A stretch of 64,000 nucleotides of DNA, taken from positions 2,693 through 66,692 of the forward strand of contig CAYQJH010000002.1 in assembly GCA_964417755.1 (NCBI GenBank), read 5' to 3'. Each line of letters begins with the position of its first letter. Position 1 is the first letter of the stretch. Shown piece after piece: positions 47,215-59,105 of this stretch. Position numbers and translations under genes: made by a program. The stretch comes from an uncultured Planctomycetaceae bacterium (GTDB lineage Bacteria > Planctomycetota > Phycisphaerae > SM23-33). The notes below the pieces were generated by a model. That model saw only the letters and a list, made by a program, of their open reading frames with translations, made no database searches and had not been told where the DNA came from.

Positions 47215-49779
47215 TCACGACCACCGAATCAGCGCCAAGTCCCGCATCTCGCCCAGCGTCTCGTGGCATGGCATGACGCGAACGGTGTAGCCCGTCAGGC
47301 CGCTGCGATTGCAGGGCATGTTCACGGCATAGCGAACCTTATGCTCGCCGTCGGCGCCCACCTGCTGCATCGGCAACGCCAGGCCGTCGCTCAGTTGCCC
47401 GTCATCGTCCAGCCGGCCGTAATACAGTTCAACCATCACATCACGGGCGGTCAGTTGCTGACCCAGGTCGACCAGGGCCTCCACGCGAATGTCTTTGCCG
47501 ACCTTCGCGCCGCCCTCAGCCATCATGTTGTCGCCGACATTTTCAATCCGCACGCTGCTGAAATTTGCGACGATCTTGCGCTTCCAGTTGGCCAGTTCCT
47601 TCGCCTTGGTCATCTCGCCGGCCATCAGCATCTCGAATCGCTTTGCCGCCGGTGCATAGAACATTTCGGCATACTGCCGCACCATGCGATTGGTGTTGAA
47701 CATGGGAGCCAGGTAATTCATCGCCGACTTCATCTTGCTGATCCAGCCGCGAGGCAGCTTGTCGCTCCCTCGCTCGTAGAACAGCGGAACGACTTCCTTT
47801 TCAAGCAGATCATACAAGGCCTGCGACTCGACCGTGTTCTGGTACTCCAGGTCGTCGTAGCTTTCGCCCGAGCCTATCGCCCAGCCGACGCTGGTGTCGT
47901 ATCCTTCTTCCCACCAGCCGTCCAGAATCGAGACGTTCAGCCCGCCGTTGGCAGCCACCTTCATGCCGCTGGTGCCCGAGGCCTCCATCGGCCGCAACGG
48001 CGTGTTGAGCCACACGTCCACGCCCTGAACAAGATAGCGGGCGACGTTCATGTCGTAGTCTTCCAGGAAGACCACGGATCGCCTGAACGGTTCCTGCCGG
48101 CAGATGTGGATGATCTGGCGAATCAGGTCCTTGCCGGGGTTGTCGCGCGGATGAGCCTTGCCGGCAAAGATGATCTGCACGCGGCGCTGTGAGTTGCCCA
48201 GGAGCTTGGCCAGGCGTTCGGGCTCGGACAAGATCAGGTTTGCCCGCTTGTACGTGGCGAATCGCCGGGCAAAGCCGATGGTCAGGGCCTCGGGGTCGAG
48301 AATCTCCTCAGCCATCGCCAGTTCGCTCGCCCCGGCGCCTCGCTTGGCCAACTGCTGATGCAGGTGTCGCCGCGCGAAGGCCACCAGCCGTTCGCGCCGC
48401 CGCTCGTGCGTCCGCCATAGTTCGGTATCGGGAATCTGGTCGACGCCTTTCCAGGCAGACATTTCCGCCGGCTTTTCGTGCCAGTTGGGGCCCAGGTAGC
48501 GGTCGTAAAGCTCGGCCAGGTCGTGGCTGAGCCATGTCCGCGTGTGCACGCCGTTGGTGATGTGCGTTATGGGCACCTCGTTGACCGGCACGCCCGGCCA
48601 GACATTGGACCACAGCTTGCGGCTGACGGCTCCGTGCAGCTTGCTGACGCCGTTGCGGTAATTGCTCAGCCGCAATGCCAACACGGTGAGGTTCATCGGC
48701 TCGTCTTTGTTGTTAGGTTCCTGCCGGCCCAGGGCCAGGAATTGATCGCGCGTCAGGCCCAGTTGCGACCAGTAGTTTGAGAAGTACTTGTCGATGAGCC
48801 ATGGCTCGAAGGCATCGTTGCCAGCCGGCACGGGCGTGTGCGTGGTGAAGATGCTCGATGCGACGACGGCTTCGCGGGCATCATCGAACGAGACGCCCTG
48901 TTTGGCCATCATCTGGCGGATTCGCTCCAGGCCCAGGAAGGCTGAGTGCCCTTCATTCATGTGGTAGGCGCGTGGCGAAAGGCCAAGTGCCATCAGCATA
49001 CGGACGCCGCCGATGCCCAGGATGATCTCCTGGCGGATGCGCATTTCCTGGTCGCCGCCGTAGAGCTGGGCGGTGATGTGCCGGTCCTCCGGTGAATTCT
49101 CCGGGACGTTGGTGTCCAGCAGGTAAAGCTGGATTCTTCCGATGGTGGCCCGCCAGACTTGCGCGCGGATAGTCCGCTGCGGCAGCTCGACCTCGATGGT
49201 TAGCGGCGCCTTGTCGGCGGTGTGCATCGGCGTGACAGGCATGTTGTGGAAGTCATTGCGAGGGAAGAGCTCCAACTGCCAGCCATCCGCGTTAAGCCGC
49301 TGACGGAAGTAGCCCTGCTGGTACAGCAGGCCCACAGCCACCAGGGGCACGTCCAGTTCCGATGCGCTCTTGAGGTGATCGCCCGCGAGCATGCCCAGGC
49401 CGCCGGAGTAGATCGGCACGCACTCGCTGATGCCGTATTCGGCGCAGAAGTATGCCACCTGCGGCTGTCGGTCGCCGCCGTAGGTCTTGGTATACCAGCC
49501 GGCCCGCTGGACATAGAACTGGAGGTCTTTCTGCACTCGCTGAAGGTGTGCCAGGAAACCTTCGTCAGCGGCCATCTCCAACAGGCGCTTCTGATCGATC
49601 CGCCCGAGCATGGCCACCGGGTTGTGATAGCATTCCTCCCAGCCCTTGGGGTCCAGGCGGCGGAAGAGGTCTTGTGCATCGCCATGCCACGACCACCAGA
49701 GGTTATGGGCGATCTCGACTAAGCCCTGCAAAGCTTCGGGCAAATACGGCTCGACCGTGAACGTTCGTAAAGGGCGCAT
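47215..49779 (-). CDS. glgP: Alpha-glucan (glycogen/maltodextrin) phosphorylase, GT35 family
   Basis: PLP-region motif HMNEGHSAF and ~850-aa length. Confidence 0.85.
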   Translation of the reverse strand: MRPLRTFTVEPYLPEALQGLVEIAHNLWWSWHGDAQDLFRRLDPKGWEECYHNPVAMLGRIDQKRLLEMAADEGFLAHLQRVQKDLQFYVQRAGWYTKTYGGDRQPQVAYFCAEYGISECVPIYSGGLGMLAGDHLKSASELDVPLVAVGLLYQQGYFRQRLNADGWQLELFPRNDFHNMPVTPMHTADKAPLTIEVELPQRTIRAQVWRATIGRIQLYLLDTNVPENSPEDRHITAQLYGGDQEMRIRQEIILGIGGVRMLMALGLSPRAYHMNEGHSAFLGLERIRQMMAKQGVSFDDAREAVVASSIFTTHTPVPAGNDAFEPWLIDKYFSNYWSQLGLTRDQFLALGRQEPNNKDEPMNLTVLALRLSNYRNGVSKLHGAVSRKLWSNVWPGVPVNEVPITHITNGVHTRTWLSHDLAELYDRYLGPNWHEKPAEMSAWKGVDQIPDTELWRTHERRRERLVAFARRHLHQQLAKRGAGASELAMAEEILDPEALTIGFARRFATYKRANLILSEPERLAKLLGNSQRRVQIIFAGKAHPRDNPGKDLIRQIIHICRQEPFRRSVVFLEDYDMNVARYLVQGVDVWLNTPLRPMEASGTSGMKVAANGGLNVSILDGWWEEGYDTSVGWAIGSGESYDDLEYQNTVESQALYDLLEKEVVPLFYERGSDKLPRGWISKMKSAMNYLAPMFNTNRMVRQYAEMFYAPAAKRFEMLMAGEMTKAKELANWKRKIVANFSSVRIENVGDNMMAEGGAKVGKDIRVEALVDLGQQLTARDVMVELYYGRLDDDGQLSDGLALPMQQVGADGEHKVRYAVNMPCNRSGLTGYTVRVMPCHETLGEMRDLALIRWS

Positions 49780-50021
49780 AGACTTCCTTGCTTATTGACG
49801 GGCGTATGACTTCCTGGCCGGCAGCGCGGGCCTTCTGCCCCAAAGGCAGATGTTGTCTCTGATGTCATCGGCATTTCGCGATGGGCGGATTATCTTTTCC
49901 TGATTGCACGCTTTGGCAAGTTGCGAATTCCCGACGCGGTATTTTAGCGCTCATGCCGACGCAATTTCAGTTTGGGGAGACTAATGCCCCGGTCTGGCAA
50001 AGAGCAACGGGCGGCGCAGGA

Positions 50022-50268
50022 GTGGCGCGGGCATCCCGCCCGCGAATATCGCGGACCTCTCGTGCGCAGGTCGTTCCAGCAGGCAGTTTCGTGCTGGTAG
50101 CGAATGCCGCGGTTTGCGAAACCCGAAGGGATGAAGCCACGCTGCGGCCAAGCGTGGTTACTTCGCTTCGCTCCGTAAACCACGGCACCCCGCCTGCGGT
50201 TTGTTGTGAAGACGCGAGGGCAGGATGCCCTCGGTACGCGCGGGCAAGACGCCCGCGACACGCAAAGC
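50022..50268. repeat. A-family composite repeat (long copy, includes the CCGTGGTTTGCG module)
   Basis: GCGCGGGCATCCCGCCCGCG ... GTAAACCACGGCAC ... GAGGGCAGGATGCCCTCGGTACGCGCGGGCAAGACGCCCGCGACACG. Confidence 0.75.
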
Positions 50269-50599
50269 GGCCGCCGTTCCATCGATAACGAAGCTCAAGC
50301 GTAGAATGAATGAGGCAGGCGAATCAGGCCGATAAGAGTCTGTAAGGCTTGCCGTTAGTGAGAGCCAAATGCAAAGGCGGAATATGTTTGCCAGAAAATC
50401 GTCGTCTCGGGCATCTTCGGTTCGCCGGGCGCGAAGGCGCCCGCGAGGAGCGTCGTTCGCGCAAGCGCTATGGAGAAAGCTGCCTCGAACCGATAAAATA
50501 GAGGACTGTGGGAAAGAACCCCGCAACCCAGCAAGGTAAGGGCGGGCTGCACACGGTTAGTGCGTGGCGCCGGCCTGGCTCCAAAGAGGTGCGAGCAGA

Positions 50600-52282
50600 A
50601 TGAGACCCCGTCAAGTATCTTCATCGATGTTCATATGTCTAGCCGCATTGGCCATCACGTTGCCGGCCTACGCGCAGGTGCAGCAGTTGCAGGTCGGGCA
50701 GAGCCTGGACGCCAACTACCAGGTCGGCAGCGGAGGATACAACACGGTTACCGGCGGCGTAGGCGGGGTCAACAGCCAACTCTACGTTAACGGCCAGGTG
50801 ACGGGCCTGGGCAGCTTCCACGGCCGTCGAAACGCCGTCGCCGACCAGCTTCAAACAAATGTGCCTACTAACGGCCTTAGCACGTTTCAACAGCAATCGG
50901 TCGGCATGAACGATGCGATTAATAGAAGCACTTATCAGGCTGCTCCGTATTATTCTCCTTCGGCGTCGGTGAGCAATATCCGGTCTTCCGTGGCGTCGGG
51001 CGCAGGCGGCCTGCCGGGGGGCGGCTTTGCACCCAGCCGATACATCGAGAGTTCTGTCGGTCGGCAATTGTTCATCGATGCTACGGCGGATTATCGCCCG
51101 CTCATGTCGCCATCCGGCTCGGGGGCAACAGCCAGCCCGATGGTTTCCTCATCCGACAATGTCTATCTGCCGGCTGTTCCGACTTCGCCGCAGCGAATCG
51201 AGAACTTGCGGCCTGGCGCATCGGCCCTGTTCAACTCTCCGGTGGCGGCCAGCCGAGACGACCTTGCCCGTGAGCTGCGGGAAATTGATAGTCGGATAGA
51301 TAACCGCCTGGACGGGCTTGTCTCGGCGAAAGTGGAACAAGACGCCGATCCGAACAAGCTGACCGGCAGGAATGACTTGATCACGAGCGGCACGTTTGAA
51401 AAGGAAGCAAAGCCAAAGGACATGCAGCTTACGCGAACGCCGCCAGCCCCCATTCAGCCGGACAAGCCCGACGTGCCACCTAAGAAGGAAGTACCGGTTA
51501 TCTCCGCCAACCAGGATATCTTCGTGGACATGCTCGTCGCGCTGCGTCAGGCCAAGACAGGGCCTGGCTCGGCGGCCCCAACAGCGGCATCGCCGCTGGA
51601 ATCGCCGGCGGCTGATTTGAGGCTCGCGGGCACGGCGTCGTCGCTGAAGCGCCCTGGAGCTTGGAAAGCTCAGGAGCAGCCCGCTCTGCCCAGGCCGGAG
51701 CTTTTCACCTACGGGCCGGCGCAGGGCAAGGCCCGCGTGGAGTATGTGCAGGGCAAGGGCATAGTGATTCACGGCCTGGCAGGCCAGAGCAGCGACCTGT
51801 TCAACGGACAGATGGCCAAGGCTGAAGAAAACCTCAAGAAGGGCGAGTTTTACGATGCCGCATCGCAGTTTCACACGGCGGCTGTGCTCAGTCCGGGCAA
51901 TCCGCTGGCGTGGGTGGGGCAGGGCCTGGCGCTGTTCATGGCGCACGAGCCTTCCAGTGCCGCCTTGAGCTTCCAGCATGCAATGCAGGCATTCCCGCCG
52001 CTGATGGAGACGCGGCTGGATGTGGCGTCAATCATCGACATCGATAAGTTCAAGACGCAGTTGTCGATGCTCGACCAGCGGCTGGACAGAGAGGCCTGGG
52101 AGAATGACGCTCCGATGGCCTACCTTGCCGCCTACCTGCACTACTGCGTTGGCGAGGATGATGTCGCCAAGAACTATGCCCGCCTTCTGAAAGTCAAGGG
52201 CATCAAGGCGCCGGTGATGGAGTCCTTCGTCGAGTTCATGCTCTCAGGCAACAAGCCCGCCAGCCAGTCTGCAAAGCAATAA
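50600..52282 (+). CDS. Secreted protein with C-terminal TPR-like region
   Basis: Signal peptide ...MFICLAALAITLPAYAQ. TPR-like helices near the C-terminus. Confidence 0.55.
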   Translation: MRPRQVSSSMFICLAALAITLPAYAQVQQLQVGQSLDANYQVGSGGYNTVTGGVGGVNSQLYVNGQVTGLGSFHGRRNAVADQLQTNVPTNGLSTFQQQSVGMNDAINRSTYQAAPYYSPSASVSNIRSSVASGAGGLPGGGFAPSRYIESSVGRQLFIDATADYRPLMSPSGSGATASPMVSSSDNVYLPAVPTSPQRIENLRPGASALFNSPVAASRDDLARELREIDSRIDNRLDGLVSAKVEQDADPNKLTGRNDLITSGTFEKEAKPKDMQLTRTPPAPIQPDKPDVPPKKEVPVISANQDIFVDMLVALRQAKTGPGSAAPTAASPLESPAADLRLAGTASSLKRPGAWKAQEQPALPRPELFTYGPAQGKARVEYVQGKGIVIHGLAGQSSDLFNGQMAKAEENLKKGEFYDAASQFHTAAVLSPGNPLAWVGQGLALFMAHEPSSAALSFQHAMQAFPPLMETRLDVASIIDIDKFKTQLSMLDQRLDREAWENDAPMAYLAAYLHYCVGEDDVAKNYARLLKVKGIKAPVMESFVEFMLSGNKPASQSAKQ

Positions 52283-52518
52283 GACGTGGCACAGCCGCCC
52301 TTGGCTGAGCCGTTTACATGCTTCCGCAAACGACCCTTCGACGTACTCAGGGCAAGCAATGACACTGAAGCATGGCGCCACGCTGTGCAGTTGCCATCTT
52401 ACCGGAGGCGTTGAAGGCGCCGCCGCGGGAATGTATAACCCTCGACATGGCATCTCACGGGCAGGCCCGCCACGGCCCTGGCGAAGGCGGGCGGACATCT
52501 TCGTTGGGCAGCAGCGGC

Positions 52519-53268
52519 ATGCGTCGAACATCCGCAGCGCAGCCTGAGCGCCGAAGCTTTAACGGGGGACAGTTCGCAGCCACGCGATGGAGCGTCGTCC
52601 TGGCGGCCAATGAATGGCGGGCTGGGACGGCTGCTCGGCGGGCCATGGGCGATCTGGTGCAGACGTACTGGTTCCCGCTGTACGCCTATCTGCGCCGCCG
52701 CGGCCATGCGCCGGCACAAGCCGAAGACCTGGTCCAGGGCTTTTTCGCACAATTGCTGGAAAAGGATGCCCTGGCCCGCGTGGATCGCGAGCGAGGGAAA
52801 TTTCGCTCCTTCCTTCTGGCGTCCTTGCAGAACTTCCTGGCCAATGAGTGGGACAAGAGCCACGCCGCCAAGCGAGGCGGAGGCGCGGAAATCGTTGCAC
52901 TCGATGCCCTGGAGGCAGAGGCACGCTATGCGGCTGAGCCAGTGGACTCGATGACGGCGGAGCGGGTGTTCCAGCGGCGCTGGGCGCTGGCTGTGCTTGA
53001 GCAGGTGCTGGCGCGGCTGCGGGAGGATTACGCCGGGCGGAAGCAGGCTGAAATTTTTGCGGCGTTGGAGCATGTGCTGACGGCCGGCGACGGCGAAAGT
53101 TACGGTGCAATCGGCGCGCGATTAGGCATGACCGAGGCAGCCGTCAAGGTGGCTGCCCATCGCCTGCGCCGACGGTATCGAGAGCTTCTGCGAGAGGAAA
53201 TTGCCCAGACGGTCTCGCAGGATTCCCTGGTGGAGGATGAAATCCGTCAATTATTGGCCTGCCTGTAA
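52519..53268 (+). CDS. ECF-type RNA polymerase sigma-70 factor
   Basis: Region 2 (DLVQTYWFPLYAYLRRRGHAPAQAEDLVQGFFAQLLEK) and region 4 (GMTEAAVKVAAHRLRRRYRELL). Start inferred at ATG 52519. Confidence 0.75.
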   Translation: MRRTSAAQPERRSFNGGQFAATRWSVVLAANEWRAGTAARRAMGDLVQTYWFPLYAYLRRRGHAPAQAEDLVQGFFAQLLEKDALARVDRERGKFRSFLLASLQNFLANEWDKSHAAKRGGGAEIVALDALEAEARYAAEPVDSMTAERVFQRRWALAVLEQVLARLREDYAGRKQAEIFAALEHVLTAGDGESYGAIGARLGMTEAAVKVAAHRLRRRYRELLREEIAQTVSQDSLVEDEIRQLLACL

Positions 53269-53293
53269 CCTTTCTTTCCGTTTGCTTTTGTAA

Positions 53294-54889
<1,596 letters not shown>

Positions 54890-54898
54890 GGAACGAAC

Positions 54899-57664
54899 AT
54901 GAACGTATTGGTGATACTCCTATCGCCCTTGATCCTGATTGCAGCCTCAGCGCCCATAGGAGCGACGGTCTGCGGAGCAATGGCAATCTCGAGGATTCGC
55001 CGTTCTGGAGGCCGAATCTATGGCCTGGGCCTGGCTATCTTTGATGCACTCGTATTCCCGCTGTTGGCTTTGGACGGCTTGATTGCTTACGCCTGCATCA
55101 CGCTGGCTCGTCTCATCCATTTCAGCGCGATCGAATCAGACAATCTTGCCATCGGAATTCTGGCTGCTGTCGCCATCTCTGCCCTGGCCGACTTCTTCAT
55201 TATTCGCTGGGTGTGGCGAGCGAGCAAGCCCACGATTCACGCCAGCACTCAGCCGCCACCGCAAGCAAGCCAAAGCGGCGGCGATGCCGCCGCACTCCAA
55301 GACGCCCGCCAGGCTGTGAAGGCTCCGGCCTGGGCACTTATTATCGTGGCTGCCTCGCATGTCGGGTTCGCTATTTTTGCAAGCGTTGCAGCAATCACCT
55401 CCGTCCCGAGAATCGTGCCTACGAACTTTTCGTTTCCCTTTGTGGTGGTATTGGGATCGCTTTTCCTTGCCGGAAATCTGTTCGCACTGCATGCAGCCAG
55501 CGGAATGAAGCAACTGAAGAACCGTCAGGCAGCCGTGGCTGCTTGCGTAATAGTCATGCTCCCGTTTTCTGTCTTTGGCCTTATTGCTGGCATTTGGGCG
55601 CTGGTGGTCCTCAGCCGGCGGGAGGTCGTGGAGGCATTCAAGATATCTGAAAGGGGTAAGACTGTGAGTAAATCAAGGACTTTCATGTGGCTGCTGTTGG
55701 GTGTTGTCGCGATCCTAACGCCCGTGGCGCTTTGGGCGGCATCAAATACCGGGCCAGCATCCTCGCAACTGCAATCGCAAGCGAGCAGCCAATTTCCCAG
55801 CGCAGCGCATTCTGGCAATGACAAACGTTCTGCGTATGTTGTGCATGCTGGAGGAGAGGTTCATTATGTGTTCTTCTATCCAGGGCGCTTTACCTCAAAC
55901 ACCAGTGGATCGCAGAATGCCCATTCTCTGACATGGATAGATAATGGTTCTGTCAAGCTGACAAATGGGCAAACCTTCGGCTTCCTCCGAGAATCCGCAG
56001 ACCCGCTACACCTGAGCGTCAACGGAAAGGAGTATGACCTGCGGCAAGGGCGGGTACTCGTGTTGCGGGATGATGGCTCTGCCCAGCAGGTGAAGTTGTT
56101 CCCAACGTTGGCCGTGGCGCGAGATGCTGGCACATTGGCCAAGGCTGTTGACTCGGCTACGGTCACTGCACGGCCTGTTTTTGGGGCAGTGGTCGAGCGG
56201 ACGATTAACGACCTCGACGAAGGTAAAGGCAGCGAGGGGTTGAAACTAGCCACAGGTGAGGTAGTGAGCCTGCCGGCGGAGTTCGAGCGCATGTCCAATC
56301 AACAGCGTTCGAAGTGGATTGAAGACCAAGGCATCGACCTGTTCGTCGAGTACGTATCGGACCGCAACACATATGTATCGAACCGTTGGGCGCTCATGTC
56401 GTGCGGTCTTCGGTTGAGCACGCTTAATGCGACATTTGAGGCAGCGTCGCCCGAGGATGCGCAGGCATCTCTTGCTTCGACTGCCGCGTCGGGTCTCGAT
56501 GTGCTTGAGCGTAATGGCCTAAAGTTCTACCTGATGCCTAGGCTCTCCATGCCGCCGTTAGTATTCGCTTTCCAGACGCGCGAGGGTGGCGTTGGTTTGC
56601 TGGAGGTCACCAGCTATACGAACAATCCTAAGGGGATGAAGATTCGCTACAAGATGCTGCCGGGTGCCGTGGCCGCGGAGTCTGCGGCCACGCAGCCAGC
56701 CACGCAGGCCGTTACTGATCTTGCACTGAAAGTCCTTCGGGCCATGAAAGAAGAAGACTTCGATACGCTCAAGAGCCTTTCGGCGGGATCGGAACAGGGC
56801 TGGCTGGAAGTCGACTTGCGAACGGCAACCAGATATTCGGGTGTTGCAGGCGAGCTGCCGGTCGGCTGGAGCCAGAACAAGCTCAGGAATGCCATTCGCG
56901 AGATTCGCACGGATGTCTTCTCAAAACATCCTGAAGCGTCTACGAAGGTGCTCGATACGATGATTCATGGTGATTGGGCGGCCGCGCTGTCTCCGGTCAC
57001 CTCATCGCAGTACCTGGTCATGGTCTTCGTTCGAACGGCAGGCGGATGGCGATTTGCCACGCTCGACGACTCAAAAGGAAGACTCGCCGATGACGTGGCC
57101 AAGCACAGCGAGAACATCCCGAAGAATCTCAAGCTTCTGCGGAGCCTATCCTCCGCTGCCTCAACTCGGTCTGTGTCCCAATCGACGAACGGGTCGGTTA
57201 TAGACGTTCAGGCAACAGCCGGAGCGTTCCTCGTGGCGCTTCGCAATAAAGATGTGGATGGGATGAAGGCTCTCTCGCTTGGCTCGGTTCGCGGTTGGGT
57301 CAGCGACGAGCAGAGCCGTCAGCCTGGAATTGGGCAGCTGGCCGGCATGAGTGTCCGCTGGTTGGGGAAGGTGATCCGCGAGATGCACGAGAAGGTCTAC
57401 AAAGCCGACCTCGACCTGATGACGAAGATCCATGAAACCGCCGTCGATGGCGATTGGGCAGCCGTCAGGATAGACATGCCTATGCCAACAGTAACCACCG
57501 GTCCCACGGACTACCTAGTCCTCTTCTTCCTCAGGACTTCAGACGGCTGGCGCTTCGTCACCATTGATGACGCCGAGGGCCCGCTGGCTGAGGGACTTGC
57601 TGCCCGAGCGCCTCGTCTACAGGGACTCCTGGCTTCGCCGTCCAGCCAACCCGCGACGCACTAA
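54899..57664 (+). CDS. Membrane protein (921 aa) with N-terminal TM bundle and two tandem ~140-aa duplicated domains
   Basis: 9 nt after the kinase stop. Two C-terminal modules align with each other (...YLV(M/L)(V/F)F(V/L)RT(A/S)(G/D)GWRF(A/V)T(L/I)DD...). Confidence 0.6.
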   Translation: MNVLVILLSPLILIAASAPIGATVCGAMAISRIRRSGGRIYGLGLAIFDALVFPLLALDGLIAYACITLARLIHFSAIESDNLAIGILAAVAISALADFFIIRWVWRASKPTIHASTQPPPQASQSGGDAAALQDARQAVKAPAWALIIVAASHVGFAIFASVAAITSVPRIVPTNFSFPFVVVLGSLFLAGNLFALHAASGMKQLKNRQAAVAACVIVMLPFSVFGLIAGIWALVVLSRREVVEAFKISERGKTVSKSRTFMWLLLGVVAILTPVALWAASNTGPASSQLQSQASSQFPSAAHSGNDKRSAYVVHAGGEVHYVFFYPGRFTSNTSGSQNAHSLTWIDNGSVKLTNGQTFGFLRESADPLHLSVNGKEYDLRQGRVLVLRDDGSAQQVKLFPTLAVARDAGTLAKAVDSATVTARPVFGAVVERTINDLDEGKGSEGLKLATGEVVSLPAEFERMSNQQRSKWIEDQGIDLFVEYVSDRNTYVSNRWALMSCGLRLSTLNATFEAASPEDAQASLASTAASGLDVLERNGLKFYLMPRLSMPPLVFAFQTREGGVGLLEVTSYTNNPKGMKIRYKMLPGAVAAESAATQPATQAVTDLALKVLRAMKEEDFDTLKSLSAGSEQGWLEVDLRTATRYSGVAGELPVGWSQNKLRNAIREIRTDVFSKHPEASTKVLDTMIHGDWAAALSPVTSSQYLVMVFVRTAGGWRFATLDDSKGRLADDVAKHSENIPKNLKLLRSLSSAASTRSVSQSTNGSVIDVQATAGAFLVALRNKDVDGMKALSLGSVRGWVSDEQSRQPGIGQLAGMSVRWLGKVIREMHEKVYKADLDLMTKIHETAVDGDWAAVRIDMPMPTVTTGPTDYLVLFFLRTSDGWRFVTIDDAEGPLAEGLAARAPRLQGLLASPSSQPATH

Positions 57665-57702
57665 TGCCTCAGCTGCAGGGGGCAGATATGGAAAAAATCG
57701 TT

Positions 57703-57862
57703 GCAGTTTTGTGGTGCAGGCGTCTCGCCATCGTGTACCGAGGGCATTGCTACTGTGCGAAGTAGCTTCGCTACGTAGCACGAGCTTGCTCTCGCGATTT
57801 ACGAGCAGAACCGCAGGCGAGACGCCTGCGACACACGCGGGCAAGATGCCCGCGACACATAA
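57703..57862. repeat. A-family composite repeat
   Basis: GTGGTGCAGGCGTCTCGCC...GCTACGTAGCACGAGC...GCAGGCGAGACGCCTGCGACACACGCGGGCAAGATGCCCGCGACAC. Confidence 0.8.
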
Positions 57863-57895
57863 CTGCGGCGTGCTGCTGGCGAAGCTCGCGGTGCT

Positions 57896-58867
57896 TCAGG
57901 CCACTCGCAGGGCTATCTTGCCCAGGTAGTGGCTCTCCAGCGCGCGTTGGGCGTCGGCGGCCTGCTCCAGCGGAAAGACGCGAGCAATGTGCACCTCGAA
58001 CGGCCCAGCCTCGATGAGGCGGCTTAGCCTCTGGAATATCTCTGAATCGGGCATGCCGTCGTAGCTGCGGATCATCAGTCCGGGCCCTTGCGGCTCGGGC
58101 TCGACGCCGTTGGGGTAGGCCACCCGCCCGCCTTCGCGCACGGCTGAGAGGGCCTTATTGGTCGCCTCGCCGCCGGCGGTCACCAGCGCGGCGTCCAGGC
58201 CGTCCGGTGCAAACTTGCGGGCTGCGGACACGATGTCATCCTTGTGTCCATCCACGGCTGCGTCGGCGCCCAGCCGCCTGGCCAGCGCCACGCCGTCATC
58301 GCCCGACGCTACCGCAAACACTCGTGCGCCCATGCGCTTGGCAAGTTGTATGGCCATGTGGCCGATGCCGCCGCTGGCGCCGAAGATCATCAGCGATTCG
58401 CCGGCCTTCAGGCCCAGAACATCGTCCAGGCCGCGCAGGCCCGTAATTGCGTCGGCTGCCATCGCGCCTGCCTGTTCGATGGACAGCTTGTTGGGGATGT
58501 GTGCGGCATTGTCCGCCTTGACGGCTGCGAATTGGGCATAGAATCCGCCCTTGGGGCCGGCGACGCTCATGGCAAAGACGCGGTCGCCTTCCTTGAAGCG
58601 GGTGACGTTGCTGCCGACATCCACGACCGTCCCCGCGCCATCGGTGCCCAGGACGTATGGGAACTTGGGCTTGGTTCCGAACATCCCCGCAAAGCCGCCT
58701 TCGCGCTCGAAGGGGTCCCACTCAGCCACGCCAGCTGACTCGACACGCATCAGTATTTCATCCGGGCCAGCCTCTGGAACCGGAAGCGACTGCATCGAAA
58801 TCGACTCCAGGCCGCCAAAGCTGTTGATTGCCGCTGCCTGCATGGTCTTCTGCACGGTTGCCTTCAT
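57896..58867 (-). CDS. Zinc-independent medium-chain dehydrogenase/reductase (quinone oxidoreductase-like)
   Basis: MDR fold, with a GxGxxG-like nucleotide-binding region (IFGASGGIGHMAIQLAK). Confidence 0.7.
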   Translation of the reverse strand: MKATVQKTMQAAAINSFGGLESISMQSLPVPEAGPDEILMRVESAGVAEWDPFEREGGFAGMFGTKPKFPYVLGTDGAGTVVDVGSNVTRFKEGDRVFAMSVAGPKGGFYAQFAAVKADNAAHIPNKLSIEQAGAMAADAITGLRGLDDVLGLKAGESLMIFGASGGIGHMAIQLAKRMGARVFAVASGDDGVALARRLGADAAVDGHKDDIVSAARKFAPDGLDAALVTAGGEATNKALSAVREGGRVAYPNGVEPEPQGPGLMIRSYDGMPDSEIFQRLSRLIEAGPFEVHIARVFPLEQAADAQRALESHYLGKIALRVA

Positions 58868-58932
58868 GATTGCTCCCTTGTCTTCACGCCCTTGTCCCCT
58901 GAATGGTCTTTTCATTCTATGCAGATTCTGAC

Positions 58933-59092
58933 ACTGTGGTGCAGGCATTGTGGCGCAGGCATTGTGGTGCAGGCGTCTCGCCTGAATTGTGGTGCAGGCG
59001 TCTCGCCTGCATCTCGGATCACTTCGTGTTGGAAGGCCCCCACCAGAATGTGGGGAATCCCGCGTGCTTCCGCAGGGGGCTTCCTATCTGGT
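58933..59092. repeat. Tandem 14-mer (TGTGGTGCAGGCAT)n, A-family hairpins and a B-family copy
   Basis: TGTGGTGCAGGCATTGTGGCGCAGGCATTGTGGTGCAGGCGTCTCGCCTGAATTGTGGTGCAGGCGTCTCGCCTGCA, then GGGGAATCCCGCGTGCTTCCGCAGGGGGCTTCC. Confidence 0.75.
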
Positions 59093-59105
59093 ACCATGGC
59101 CAGCA

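Noticed and set aside
47263-48192. 309-aa plus-strand ORF
   Set aside because: Antisense to glgP.
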